Origin: an uncultured virus (IMG/VR IMGVR_UViG_3300029953_000002)
Lineage: Duplodnaviria; Heunggongvirae; Uroviricota; Caudoviricetes
Strand: one strand, 5' to 3'
Length of the DNA stretch: 64,000 nt
Virus record (IMG/VR): IMGVR_UViG_3300029953_000002
Part shown: piece after piece, positions 41,745 through 50,296 of the stretch
How positions within the stretch are numbered: position 1 is the stretch's first letter
Layout: each line of letters opens with the position of its first letter
Program-made: the position numbers and the translations under genes
The notes under the pieces: model-generated
The model's database searches: none
What the model saw: only the letters and a program-made list of their open reading frames with translations
What the model was told of the DNA's origin: nothing

Positions 41745-41786
41745 GTGAATCTCCTTAACAATGGTTTAAGTTAGATTTGCTTCTAT

Positions 41787-41820
41787 TCACATACAGTATA
41801 TGTCTGAAATATTCTAGAAT
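41787..41820 (-). promoter_or_regulatory. Repeated putative early promoter, copy 2
   Basis: + strand tcacatacagtatatgtctgaaatattctagaat (one AT fewer than copy 1). Confidence 0.75.
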
Positions 41821-41930
41821 CCAGTATATAACCACGGAAATACTGTGGCTAGTAATTTAAAAAAACCATCTAGATATATACTGTGAACCAATAAGGAAGA
41901 GTAACCCAGCTTTAGTAAAAAAGAGAAACC

Positions 41931-41966
41931 CATAAATCCAGAGTCTTATTTGACTCTGGATTTATG
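41931..41966. terminator. Hairpin terminator
   Basis: cataaatccagagtc-ttattt-gactctggatttatg. Confidence 0.7.
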
Positions 41967-41989
41967 CTGTCTTTATTTTTTAATGTGGC

Positions 41990-42577
41990 TCATCCGCACT
42001 CTGCCAAAATCCTATTTTCAGTTCTGTTAATTTCATTGTCATTCTCCTTATATTCGATACGCGCCTTCAATACACGAGGGCTAATGTTTAAAATATTTGC
42101 TGCTTCTTTTACGTTTTTATATACAACACCGTCAATAGTAACTGGTTCGTTATATTGAATCATGTTAGGATAGTTACCGGCCAATAAGAAGTTAGTAATC
42201 AATAATGGTATATTAGGATCAGTTTCTCCCCAGAATTCATATTTCATACTAATCTTATCATCATTGTTATTAGACTGCGATATGTTACGATTTAAAATAA
42301 CCATCAATCTATCACGACGTTCTTGCAGAATATACGCTGTGCGTTCAAACACGTATTTCTTCTTAATACTTAACCCACTTAAAATTCTGATACTGCCATC
42401 ACCTACGACGTATTTACCTATCGTCGATATTTCCCAATCTGATAAGATTCTTTTTTCTTCGATGAACGTGTTACAGTCTACTTCGTTATTACTTAACTCA
42501 TCGAATAATTCTAAGAAAATTTCTTCTATCTTATCGATGATTGGTAGAAGATTACTATAGCGTCGAGTAATACACAC
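41990..42577 (-). CDS. Hypothetical protein with C-terminal NUMOD1/HTH-like DNA-binding motif
   Basis: PVTIDGVVYKNVKEAANILNISPRVLKARI. Confidence 0.55.
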   Translation of the reverse strand: MCITRRYSNLLPIIDKIEEIFLELFDELSNNEVDCNTFIEEKRILSDWEISTIGKYVVGDGSIRILSGLSIKKKYVFERTAYILQERRDRLMVILNRNISQSNNNDDKISMKYEFWGETDPNIPLLITNFLLAGNYPNMIQYNEPVTIDGVVYKNVKEAANILNISPRVLKARIEYKENDNEINRTENRILAECG

Positions 42578-42592
42578 GTCACTTCTCCTTTT

Positions 42593-43665
42593 TTAGAAAC
42601 CTAGTTTTTTTGTATAACGATTTATTGTTTGTTGAAATGGATTTGGTTTATTCAATACTTCAGAAAGAGTCCATTTATCTTTAGCTGTAAAATCTCTTTC
42701 TGGTAAGTTCATTACTTTAAGAATATCATTGGCTTCTGATACAGTAAGTAGCTCAAACTTAATAATGTCGAAACAACGTCCACTACGCAGTAGAGCAGGG
42801 TCAATTTTATCAAGGCTGTTAAGATTAGTAGAGAATACAATTTTCTTACCTCGTTCTTGAATAACGCCATCTGCGCTATTAAGAAAAGTAGACATTAGTG
42901 AATTGCCACCTTCACGCGAACCGAGCCAAGCATCGCAATCTTCATATGCTAAAATACTAGCATCTGACCTATAAAACTGTCTTACTGTTTCTTTGTCTTC
43001 TACTGCCTCTTTGCTATAAGCCAAATATGCAGTGGAGTTACGATGTGTGATAAGTGATCTTAAGAAAGTACTTTTTCCTGTCCCAGGTTCTCCAAATAGA
43101 ATAAGAATATTTTCCGAAGATGACATAAACGCATCAAAGTAATCGCTCAACGGAGCGTTAATATACGGATAAAACACAGGTAATGCCTTCTGCATTTTAC
43201 TTGATTCTAAGAATGAGAGATCTGTATCTAGATGGCCATAGCTATCTACACCGGTCACAGTGTTAATGAACGAACCGTTAATTTTTAACTCATCATTAAC
43301 CCATTCTTTTATACAACTAATTTCATCTTCATCGTAAGTACGTTTTCGTTAATATTAATAATAACGCACGCATCGGCTATTGCCTCATCATTTTTTCGCA
43401 AAACTAGGAGCCAATTTACACTAGCTTCTATGGCGGTGAATGTGTAATTATTACGGCGAAAATAATTTAGTATTTTTGTTAAATCTTTTTCTGCATCTCT
43501 TGTTACTAGTTTATGTCTAAATTCATCTGATGATAGTCCTGAATTAACACGCTTTAACATAATAAAATAAAACGTAGCAGCATCGATATTAGAAAGTCCG
43601 GTACTAAGCAATTCAGGCAAAGTATCTTCTGTGAACATAGGTATTGCTTTTTCTTCTTTTGACAT
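42593..43665 (-). pseudogene. AAA+ ATPase with a frameshift near 43340-43350
   Basis: Walker A GEPGTGKST, Walker B YEDCD, and STN...IDPALLRSGRCFD in 42593..43258. That frame stays open upstream to ~43348 and overlaps ORF 43309..43734 (likely start ATG 43665). Confidence 0.7.
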
Positions 43666-43794
43666 ATTCGCCTTTATTTGTAAAAGTATAAAACTATTTC
43701 GAAAATAATAAAAATTAAAAATGTAATAAACCATTCGCGTTTACTATCTACAAATTTAATTTTTATCATTGGTTTGCCGTTATATTTTCTTTTG

Positions 43795-44085
43795 TTAGAC
43801 AATTGCAATTCGGCCAGTTACGCTATGTTTCACTGTCCGGTATTCTTCGCCGGTCCAGTCATTATACACAACGGCACTCCAACTAACATATTTATTTTCG
43901 AGCATGTGTTTTACAACATTACTAACAGCACTGGTAACGTACATGCTCCATGTGCGCTTAATAACTGTTTTTCCATCTGCAGCAAAATAGTCTGTGATAA
44001 TTGCACGTTCATGTTGGTGCTTAACACGACGTGCGTATTGGTGTTTTACTATACGCATTTTCTTACTTGCCATTTTACTTCTCAT
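43795..44085 (-). CDS. Hypothetical basic protein
   Basis: 96-aa ORF in the minus-strand gene run. Confidence 0.5.
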   Translation of the reverse strand: MRSKMASKKMRIVKHQYARRVKHQHERAIITDYFAADGKTVIKRTWSMYVTSAVSNVVKHMLENKYVSWSAVVYNDWTGEEYRTVKHSVTGRIAIV

Positions 44086-44143
44086 CTATATTCAATGGTC
44101 GTATCTTGTTTGGATATAAGAAACATATGCTATCCTTTATCTG

Positions 44144-44332
44144 TTACAACCAAACATTAATAACAACAAACAAAGTAATACCAACTACCGCTATAATGAC
44201 AACAGATATCTTCATCTGTTTAGATGTCTTTGTTTCACCATATCCTTGCCACACCATCCATATAGCAAGAACAAGAAGCATAAGTCCTTGCCACATAGCT
44301 GGGCCTGGATTGCTGTGTGCGTCTATTAACAT
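44144..44332 (-). CDS. Small two-TM membrane protein
   Basis: AAGGAG RBS; two hydrophobic helices. Confidence 0.55.
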   Translation of the reverse strand: MLIDAHSNPGPAMWQGLMLLVLAIWMVWQGYGETKTSKQMKISVVIIAVVGITLFVVINVWL

Positions 44333-45140
44333 CTATTTCTCCTTAACGTCGTAACCATTTTCTTGAAGGAAACGAATAGCTTCTTGAATTTGTTTTTCTT
44401 TCTCAGTAGTCGAAAAGAACAATAACATTTTCTCAAAAGGTTCAGAACTATAATCATGCCGCTTCTTATAAGCCTCGTATTCCTTTTTCCATTCATCAGC
44501 AATTATTTTTAGTTCTGATTCTTCCACAAACTTAAAACTACCCCATATCGTGTTTGTTGATTTGTAACCATATTTAAAATAATTATGATAATCATCACCA
44601 TCTCCTAAGCTGTTTAAATATTTTCTTTTAGCTTCTGGTAATTCTTGAATCACATAAAAAAATACACGTTTCTGAATTGTTTCAATGGATTTTTTACTAC
44701 GATCAAACCAAGCTGGAATAGTAATTTTTTCTTTATAATTACCAAGTAAAATTTCCATGAGATCGATACCACGAAGAATCTCATTACGGTCTTTATCGTC
44801 AGGAATATCAATAGCAGATATTTGTGTAATTAATTCATTACAAACTTTAATCCATCTTTCTTTATCTTCTTTTAAAAGAGATAAAGAGCCATCCCAATAA
44901 TCTTTTTCTGTTTGTGTTCGTTCTTCTTCTTCTGTTAAAAAAACAACACCATAAACGACGTGCTGCTGTATCAGCTCGTGCTCTTAATGTATTCCTATTA
45001 AGATTAAGCTCTGTAGCAATTTCTTTCGTACTCGCGTTATTCAAAAACGCGAGTAGTACTTTCACGTTACGAAAAAAAGTTGGAAGTTCATAGATTCCAG
45101 TTTTACGAATTAACTCAGAAGGTGTGTATTGAATACTCAT
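44333..45140 (-). pseudogene. HTH DNA-binding protein, frameshifted at a T7 run (44937-44943)
   Basis: STKEIATELNLNRNTLR HTH. Removing one T joins it to LTEEEERTQTEKDYWD...IDLMEILLGNY (ORF 44333..44758). Confidence 0.6.
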
Positions 45141-45176
45141 GATAATTCCTTTTTTGTATTTAAAAACACAGAAAAT

Positions 45177-45206
45177 ACTCACTAACTCATCAGTAAGTTA
45201 GTGAGT
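45177..45206 (-). terminator. Terminator of the TIGR-Tas unit
   Basis: 11-bp stem actcactaact/agttagtgagt followed by a T-rich tract on the minus strand. Confidence 0.65.
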
Positions 45207-45219
45207 CTAGTTTAGCTAT

Positions 45220-46578
45220 TTACGCTGCTTTCTTCGTGTGAATAATACCGAGCTTGCCTTCACTATATTCCGGCATTACTGGCAACCCAGCCGCTGTCTT
45301 TGCTGCGACGTAATAGTCCACCAAGAACCGTTTGATCATGTACCGTATTGCCATGTTGTGACGATGACCATCTGTCTTATCTGCATGAGCTGGCATGTTT
45401 TCAATACGATTCTTGTAATCATAATAAAACCGACCATACACACTAGGCTCCGCAGAAACAACATGCCCTTTACTTTGCAAGAACGTCATTACCTGATCAC
45501 CTTGCTTCTCGACACCTTTGCCCTTCGCTTGCACAAATCCTTCCTCCAACGCAAGCTTAAGCCGTAACGCAGCACCCAATTTCTTTCCGTCCACCAACGT
45601 CTTACCAGCACGCAAGAATGACGAACCAAGCACACCAATCAGTTTCGTTTTCAAAAACGGATTGAATGTGATGCTATCGCGCTCAGCTACATTACCTTCT
45701 TTATTTATGTATTCCTTTTTCACAAGACAGAATCCATGTCGACTACGACCGACGTTCTTTAGCACTAGCTGTTGGCCACTCGGTGCTTTCATTTGATATA
45801 CTTCATTCGGATTGTTCATGCTTGTAACTGCACTACGTTCATCCCCAAGTTCTTCTTCAATCATCCGTGCTGGTACGGTATGTTCTTTTTTGTCTTCATC
45901 GACATACTGACCGATAGTAACAACATCGAGACCAGCATACTTGTGAATTGAAGACGCATACTTCGGAATAGCGATGTCAATTTCGGATATCAATACACCA
46001 GACATAGCAGTACCTACACCATCTACATCTCTCAAGAAGTTGTCATAAAGTGGAATGCCGGTCAAAGCACCTTCCAAATCACGGAATTGCTTTTCTTCTT
46101 GGGAAAGCATGCTGATATAAGCATGCACAAGAGTAAGTTCGCTATAGGTGCTAATGATTTCACCAGGAACAAACTTATTCTTAGAAGGAAGCTTACCGTC
46201 AACAATAAGACTTTCTTCGACTTCGAGAGAAACGACATCTTTCTTAATGTCGCTTAACTCTTCTTCTTTGGTCACGCTTTTAGTTTTTTTGCCTTTCTGA
46301 TTCTTTGCTTTAACGATTGCGGCAATTGGATCAGTAATACGTTTATAATCAGCACGTAATTCGTCTAGCATTTTCTTGTCTTGTGCAGCTAAATCCTTTT
46401 CGGACATACCGTCTTGTTTCAAACCGAGCTTGGCTTTGAAGTTACCGGTGATTCTGTTACCCATTTGAATACGAACCTTTTGAAGGTCGTATGTTCCGCG
46501 CACAATTGTACGAATGGTATCGCGAATGGTGTATTCTTTTTGTGGCTTTGCTGACGGCGTGATTACTGTGGTTTCCAT
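45220..46578 (-). CDS. tasA: TIGR-associated Nop-domain RNA-guided protein, TasA-like (no RuvC or HNH visible)
   Basis: Coiled coil YDLQKVRIQMGNRI; IS110-Tnp/Nop motifs LRDVDGVGTAMSGVLISEID, SIHKYAGL, FNPFLKTKL, YYDYKNR, HRHNMAIRYMIKRFL; no DEDD N-terminus; adjacent 36-nt array. Confidence 0.8.
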   Translation of the reverse strand: METTVITPSAKPQKEYTIRDTIRTIVRGTYDLQKVRIQMGNRITGNFKAKLGLKQDGMSEKDLAAQDKKMLDELRADYKRITDPIAAIVKAKNQKGKKTKSVTKEEELSDIKKDVVSLEVEESLIVDGKLPSKNKFVPGEIISTYSELTLVHAYISMLSQEEKQFRDLEGALTGIPLYDNFLRDVDGVGTAMSGVLISEIDIAIPKYASSIHKYAGLDVVTIGQYVDEDKKEHTVPARMIEEELGDERSAVTSMNNPNEVYQMKAPSGQQLVLKNVGRSRHGFCLVKKEYINKEGNVAERDSITFNPFLKTKLIGVLGSSFLRAGKTLVDGKKLGAALRLKLALEEGFVQAKGKGVEKQGDQVMTFLQSKGHVVSAEPSVYGRFYYDYKNRIENMPAHADKTDGHRHNMAIRYMIKRFLVDYYVAAKTAAGLPVMPEYSEGKLGIIHTKKAA

Positions 46579-46619
46579 TTTATTTCCTTTTAGAATTATT
46601 AAAAATACTACGTTAAAAA

Positions 46620-46639
46620 TTTTGGAGTTATCTCCAAAA
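46620..46639 (-). other. Hairpin between the array and the tas gene
   Basis: ttttggag-ttat-ctccaaaa directly after the last repeat. Confidence 0.65.
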
Positions 46640-46640
46640 C

Positions 46641-46793
46641 TGATTCACTATTACTCTACGGGTTACTAAATTTCACTGATACACTTCAACAAGTTGGTTT
46701 ACTAGTGGTCGTTGATACACTTCACTCCCTTGGTTTACTTTCTTGTTGTGGTCCACTATCTTTACTTGGTTTACTTTATGCGAGTGATTCAAA
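46641..46793 (-). ncRNA. TIGR array: 4 units of 36 nt (two alternating 9-nt repeats, eight 9-nt spacers)
   Basis: + strand repeat 1 (tgattcact/tgatacact/tgatacact/tggtccact/tgattcaaa) at 46641, 46677, 46713, 46749, 46785. Repeat 2 (cgggttact/tggtttact x3) at 46659, 46695, 46731, 46767. Unique 9-mers lie between them. Confidence 0.85.
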
Positions 46794-46802
46794 TTACCAT
46801 AC

Positions 46803-46839
46803 TACACAACTGTGATATATGGCTATATTTATTTAGAAT
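46803..46839 (-). promoter_or_regulatory. Degenerate copy of the early promoter motif upstream of the TIGR array
   Basis: tacacaactgtgatatatggctatatttatttagaat aligns with tcacatacagt-atatatgtctgaaatattctagaat. Confidence 0.55.
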
Positions 46840-46842
46840 ACG

Positions 46843-46872
46843 GCATAAAACCAGATGTGAATTCACATCTGG
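46843..46872. terminator. Hairpin terminator after the muramidase gene
   Basis: gcataaaa-ccagatgtgaattcacatctgg. Confidence 0.65.
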
Positions 46873-46874
46873 CT

Positions 46875-47477
46875 CTAAGGCATTGAAGTTCTTACTTTAT
46901 ATTGTCTTTCCAATAACGAGACAGCGTTTTCTTTCACTACATTACTTCTGCTATACACTTCAATAAAATCATTCCAATCTAGATAGTCTAGCGCAGAACA
47001 CAATAGCACATTACTCTTAATATAGTAACCTAAAATAGCTAATTGTTTCTTTCTTGACTGTCTCATGTCGTTCACAAATGAAACAGGATCAATATAGCCA
47101 CATTGTCTATAATTCGATCCTAGCAACTGAAACATTCCCCATCTAGTAGACATTAACGCACATTCTTCATTAATGCTTTTAGCAATCGCTAAACTCCGAT
47201 AATCATCTTCTACTGTACTATACTCACTAGGTCTTTCAGTGATTATATTTGGAAAACTATATTTCAATGTTTTCATTTCTGATTCTGTTTTATTACTAGA
47301 TAAACAATAGTAAAACATATTACGTTCGAATTTAATAACACATGAATCATTACTTAGAAACCCATCATTCAGCGATAATACATCTACCAATGCTTTTGTG
47401 GCAGCCTGTGGAATAAACACTAAACGTGTTTTAAGTTCATCCGATAGAGCAAGATAATCTTGACTAGTAAGTTCCAT
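46875..47477 (-). CDS. N-acetylmuramidase (DUF3380-like) protein
   Basis: IKFERNMFY and ALMSTRWGMFQLLGSNYRQCGY motifs; likely start MELTSQDY behind AAGGA. Confidence 0.75.
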   Translation of the reverse strand: MELTSQDYLALSDELKTRLVFIPQAATKALVDVLSLNDGFLSNDSCVIKFERNMFYYCLSSNKTESEMKTLKYSFPNIITERPSEYSTVEDDYRSLAIAKSINEECALMSTRWGMFQLLGSNYRQCGYIDPVSFVNDMRQSRKKQLAILGYYIKSNVLLCSALDYLDWNDFIEVYSRSNVVKENAVSLLERQYKVRTSMP

Positions 47478-47550
47478 GTTTATCCTTAGGACATAAATAC
47501 GTAATGATGAACAATACCCTCTACAGAATATGTTCATCATTACGTAATAA

Positions 47551-48528
47551 TTACAGAATATTAAAGAAAGCTAATACACGCTGACGTGCACGTTCGTTAA
47601 AGCCGCCATTCGATACCGTAGCGTTAATATCAACTTGCCTTGTTGCCAAAACGCGACCCTTTGGATCTGCTGTAGTTTTCAACAAATTCAAAATACGTTG
47701 AAACAATTGACGATCAGCAGAGGACAGATGCACGTTATCAAAGAACCGAAACACATGCGTATCCGCAAACACTGAATCTTTTTCTTCATGAAATACTTTC
47801 AATATTGTTGAAAATACTTCATTAAAGTCTTCATCCAAAACATTAATAGCACGCATCAATGTTTTATAAAAACTAGCTTGATTTCTAGAACCTTCTTCTA
47901 TGCTCAATACACGTTTCGGATGCATGTTGTTCATGTAGTCGTTAATTTGACTCAGAACAATTTGACCAGCCGGGCCTACCTTAGTTAAAGAAGAAGCAAT
48001 TGTTTCATTTACAGTACTTCCTACTGACGGCACTGGTACTAATGCTGGTGCTGCCGAAGTAATCGGAGTTGGTACAGCAGTAGGAGCTACAGGATCGGGA
48101 ACTGTTGCGCTTGCATCAACAATACCAGTGGCAATTACCGTAGGAGCGTCAGTAACTGGCGTAATCGTCGTGGGTTCCGAAACAGGAGTCACGGAAAGCG
48201 TCGAAGGATCTGCTGCTCCAGATGTTGATGTAGTCGCGGCTGGTTGATCCACAGCCGCTACCACGTTTTGGTCAGTTACCGGAGTCGTGTCTTCAGACGC
48301 AGTATCAGTAACCGCTGTGTCAATGGTGGTAGGATTTTCAGTAACATCTGGAACATTACTCGCTGTGGTATCTGTAGGAGCTGGTGTAGAGGTTTGGGCA
48401 TTCGCACTTGGGGTAATCGTAGTTGTAGTTGTAACCGAGACAGTGTCAATAACAGTAGTTGTGTTTTGACCATCGTCACTTGTAGTTACGTTGCTTGATG
48501 CTGGGGCGGTAGTTGTGGAACTTGACAT
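47551..48528 (-). CDS. Conserved phiKZ-like protein (gp81-like C-terminal domain) with Thr/Pro-rich N-terminus
   Basis: C-terminal helical domain NQASFYKTL...VFRFFDNV; lies between the gp80-like and gp82-like genes. Confidence 0.5.
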   Translation of the reverse strand: MSSSTTTAPASSNVTTSDDGQNTTTVIDTVSVTTTTTITPSANAQTSTPAPTDTTASNVPDVTENPTTIDTAVTDTASEDTTPVTDQNVVAAVDQPAATTSTSGAADPSTLSVTPVSEPTTITPVTDAPTVIATGIVDASATVPDPVAPTAVPTPITSAAPALVPVPSVGSTVNETIASSLTKVGPAGQIVLSQINDYMNNMHPKRVLSIEEGSRNQASFYKTLMRAINVLDEDFNEVFSTILKVFHEEKDSVFADTHVFRFFDNVHLSSADRQLFQRILNLLKTTADPKGRVLATRQVDINATVSNGGFNERARQRVLAFFNIL

Positions 48529-48607
48529 TTTTTATTCCTTATGGGTGGTTAAAAAGCTACTGCTACCACTATTATGCGATAGCAGTAGCTTTGTTTTCAC
48601 TTAGCGA

Positions 48608-50152
48608 TTATTGACCAGTAACCACATCAGGAGTAACTTGTGTCGTAGTTTCGGTAGACACAGATGTGGTTGTTGTTGTGGTATCTGTTCCGTTGTCAAC
48701 TACAGCAGTAGTAACAACAGGAGGAGGCAATGTCGCGACAGCTGCGGTAATAGAAGCAGCCACAGCATTAACAGACAAAGTAGGAGCAGCAGCAATAACA
48801 GCGTTCGTAATAACAGTCGAAGCTGCTACAGATGCGGACGGATCAGTGATAACTGGTGAAGCCGCTACGGCAGTAGTAACAGCATTTAACAGTACACTAG
48901 GATCAGCCACTACATCCGGTGCAGCGTTTACAATGGCCGATACACCAGCCGTTACAGCAGCAACAGCGTTAGGATCTGTAATTGCCGGAGCACTGACAAC
49001 AGTAACAGCTGCGGCTGTAACAGCACCGACTGTTGCTGCTGACGCATCAGGTGCAGTCGCAGCACTTGAAGTATCGACGATAGCAGCGACAGCAACACCT
49101 GGATCCGTAGGAGCTGAAGATGTTACAGCCGAAACAATTGCGTCTGTAGAAGCAGTGACTGGGGTAACAACAGGCACCACAGCGTCAGGAGTTGCAGGAG
49201 TAGTAACTGCTACAGGATCAGAAGCAGGCACCGCAGGAGCAGTACTTGCCACAGGAGCGCTAGCCGGGGCATCCACAGTAGCAGCTGGTTCTGTAGTGTC
49301 GACCACAACAGGAACGACAGCTGGAGTTGGATCAGCTACCACCGAAACGCTATCAGGTGCCGTAACTGCCACGGGTGCTGCTGACACTACGCTAGCATCG
49401 GGTGCGACTGCCACAGTAGGGTCTACTACAACTGGTGTAGCCGTAGCAGTGCTGTCAGTAGCTGATGGGTCAACAGTAGTAGTAACTGGTGCAGGCACCG
49501 ACGAATCACTTGCAGGGGCTACAGGAGCCGTAGATGCTGGAGTAGATGCAGGTACTGCCGGTGTCGTTGCTACTACTGGTGTGGCTGGTGCATCAGTAGT
49601 AGTGGTAGTCACAGGGTCGACAGCTGTGGTATCTGGAGCACTTGCGACCACATCTGCTACAACAGGAGCTACAGTGGTGTCAACTGTTGCAGCTGTGGTG
49701 TCAGTTACTGCTGGAGTAACAGCTGTTGTGGTATCGACCGGAGCAGTAGTGTCGGCAATGACTGCTGGCGCACTCGTGTCTACAGGAGCAGCTACAGTTG
49801 GATCTGGGGATACTACGGCAGGTGTAGTAACTGCGGCAGGTGTGGCCGGAGCAGCTGGGGCTGTAATCACAGCATCCGTAGCAGGAGACTGTGAATCACC
49901 GCTATCGAGAACAACAGGAGCCGTTACATCAGCTGGTGCTGCCGCAGGTGCAACTGGTGCGGTATCGGTAACGACTACGGGTGCAGTTACTGGTGCTACA
50001 TCAGCAGCCACAATCGTTTGAATTGTTTCACTAGTGACGGTAGTGGTGGTTGTGGTGTTTACGCCATCGTCGATTACTTTAGTATCGGTTGTTTGGATTG
50101 TTTCAGTTACAGTGCTTGCGCCGCTCAGTGGTGTTTGTGTAGAACCTGACAT
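48608..50152 (-). CDS. Low-complexity Thr/Ala/Pro/Val/Asp-rich protein
   Basis: 514 aa, almost no basic or aromatic residues; GGAG RBS; followed by a hairpin at ~48554-48592. Confidence 0.65.
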   Translation of the reverse strand: MSGSTQTPLSGASTVTETIQTTDTKVIDDGVNTTTTTTVTSETIQTIVAADVAPVTAPVVVTDTAPVAPAAAPADVTAPVVLDSGDSQSPATDAVITAPAAPATPAAVTTPAVVSPDPTVAAPVDTSAPAVIADTTAPVDTTTAVTPAVTDTTAATVDTTVAPVVADVVASAPDTTAVDPVTTTTTDAPATPVVATTPAVPASTPASTAPVAPASDSSVPAPVTTTVDPSATDSTATATPVVVDPTVAVAPDASVVSAAPVAVTAPDSVSVVADPTPAVVPVVVDTTEPAATVDAPASAPVASTAPAVPASDPVAVTTPATPDAVVPVVTPVTASTDAIVSAVTSSAPTDPGVAVAAIVDTSSAATAPDASAATVGAVTAAAVTVVSAPAITDPNAVAAVTAGVSAIVNAAPDVVADPSVLLNAVTTAVAASPVITDPSASVAASTVITNAVIAAAPTLSVNAVAASITAAVATLPPPVVTTAVVDNGTDTTTTTTSVSTETTTQVTPDVVTGQ

Positions 50153-50296
50153 TTTGCTTCTCCATTAATATTGACAGTAATTGTAAAACAGAAATTGGTG
50201 ACGTTACAGCAAATTACCTGTAGTCAAATCATACGCTAATACAGTTTTTAATTCCTTTTTTCATTAAGATGTTACCCCTAATAAAAATCATCCTCG

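Noticed and set aside
45220..46578. IS110/IS1111 insertion sequence
   Set aside because: There is no N-terminal DEDD RuvC domain and no catalytic Ser loop. The adjacent non-coding DNA is a periodic 36-nt array rather than an obvious bridge RNA or IS end.
46650..46784. Self-targets of the TIGR spacers within this window
   Set aside because: I found no convincing paired 18-bp match by eye, and single 9-mers match by chance. A computational search is needed.
46641..46793. CRISPR array
   Set aside because: Repeats and spacers are only 9 nt, two repeat types alternate, and no cas genes are present.
46712..46966. 84-aa + strand ORF over the array
   Set aside because: It is antisense to the local gene run, has a TTG start without an RBS, and spans the array, promoter and terminator.
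48666..50021. 451-aa + strand ORF, and similar + strand ORFs over the fibre genes (1304..1684, 5115..5462, 6018..6656, 7509..7913)
   Set aside because: These are antisense shadows of Thr/Ala/Val-rich minus-strand genes whose codon usage lacks reverse-strand stops.
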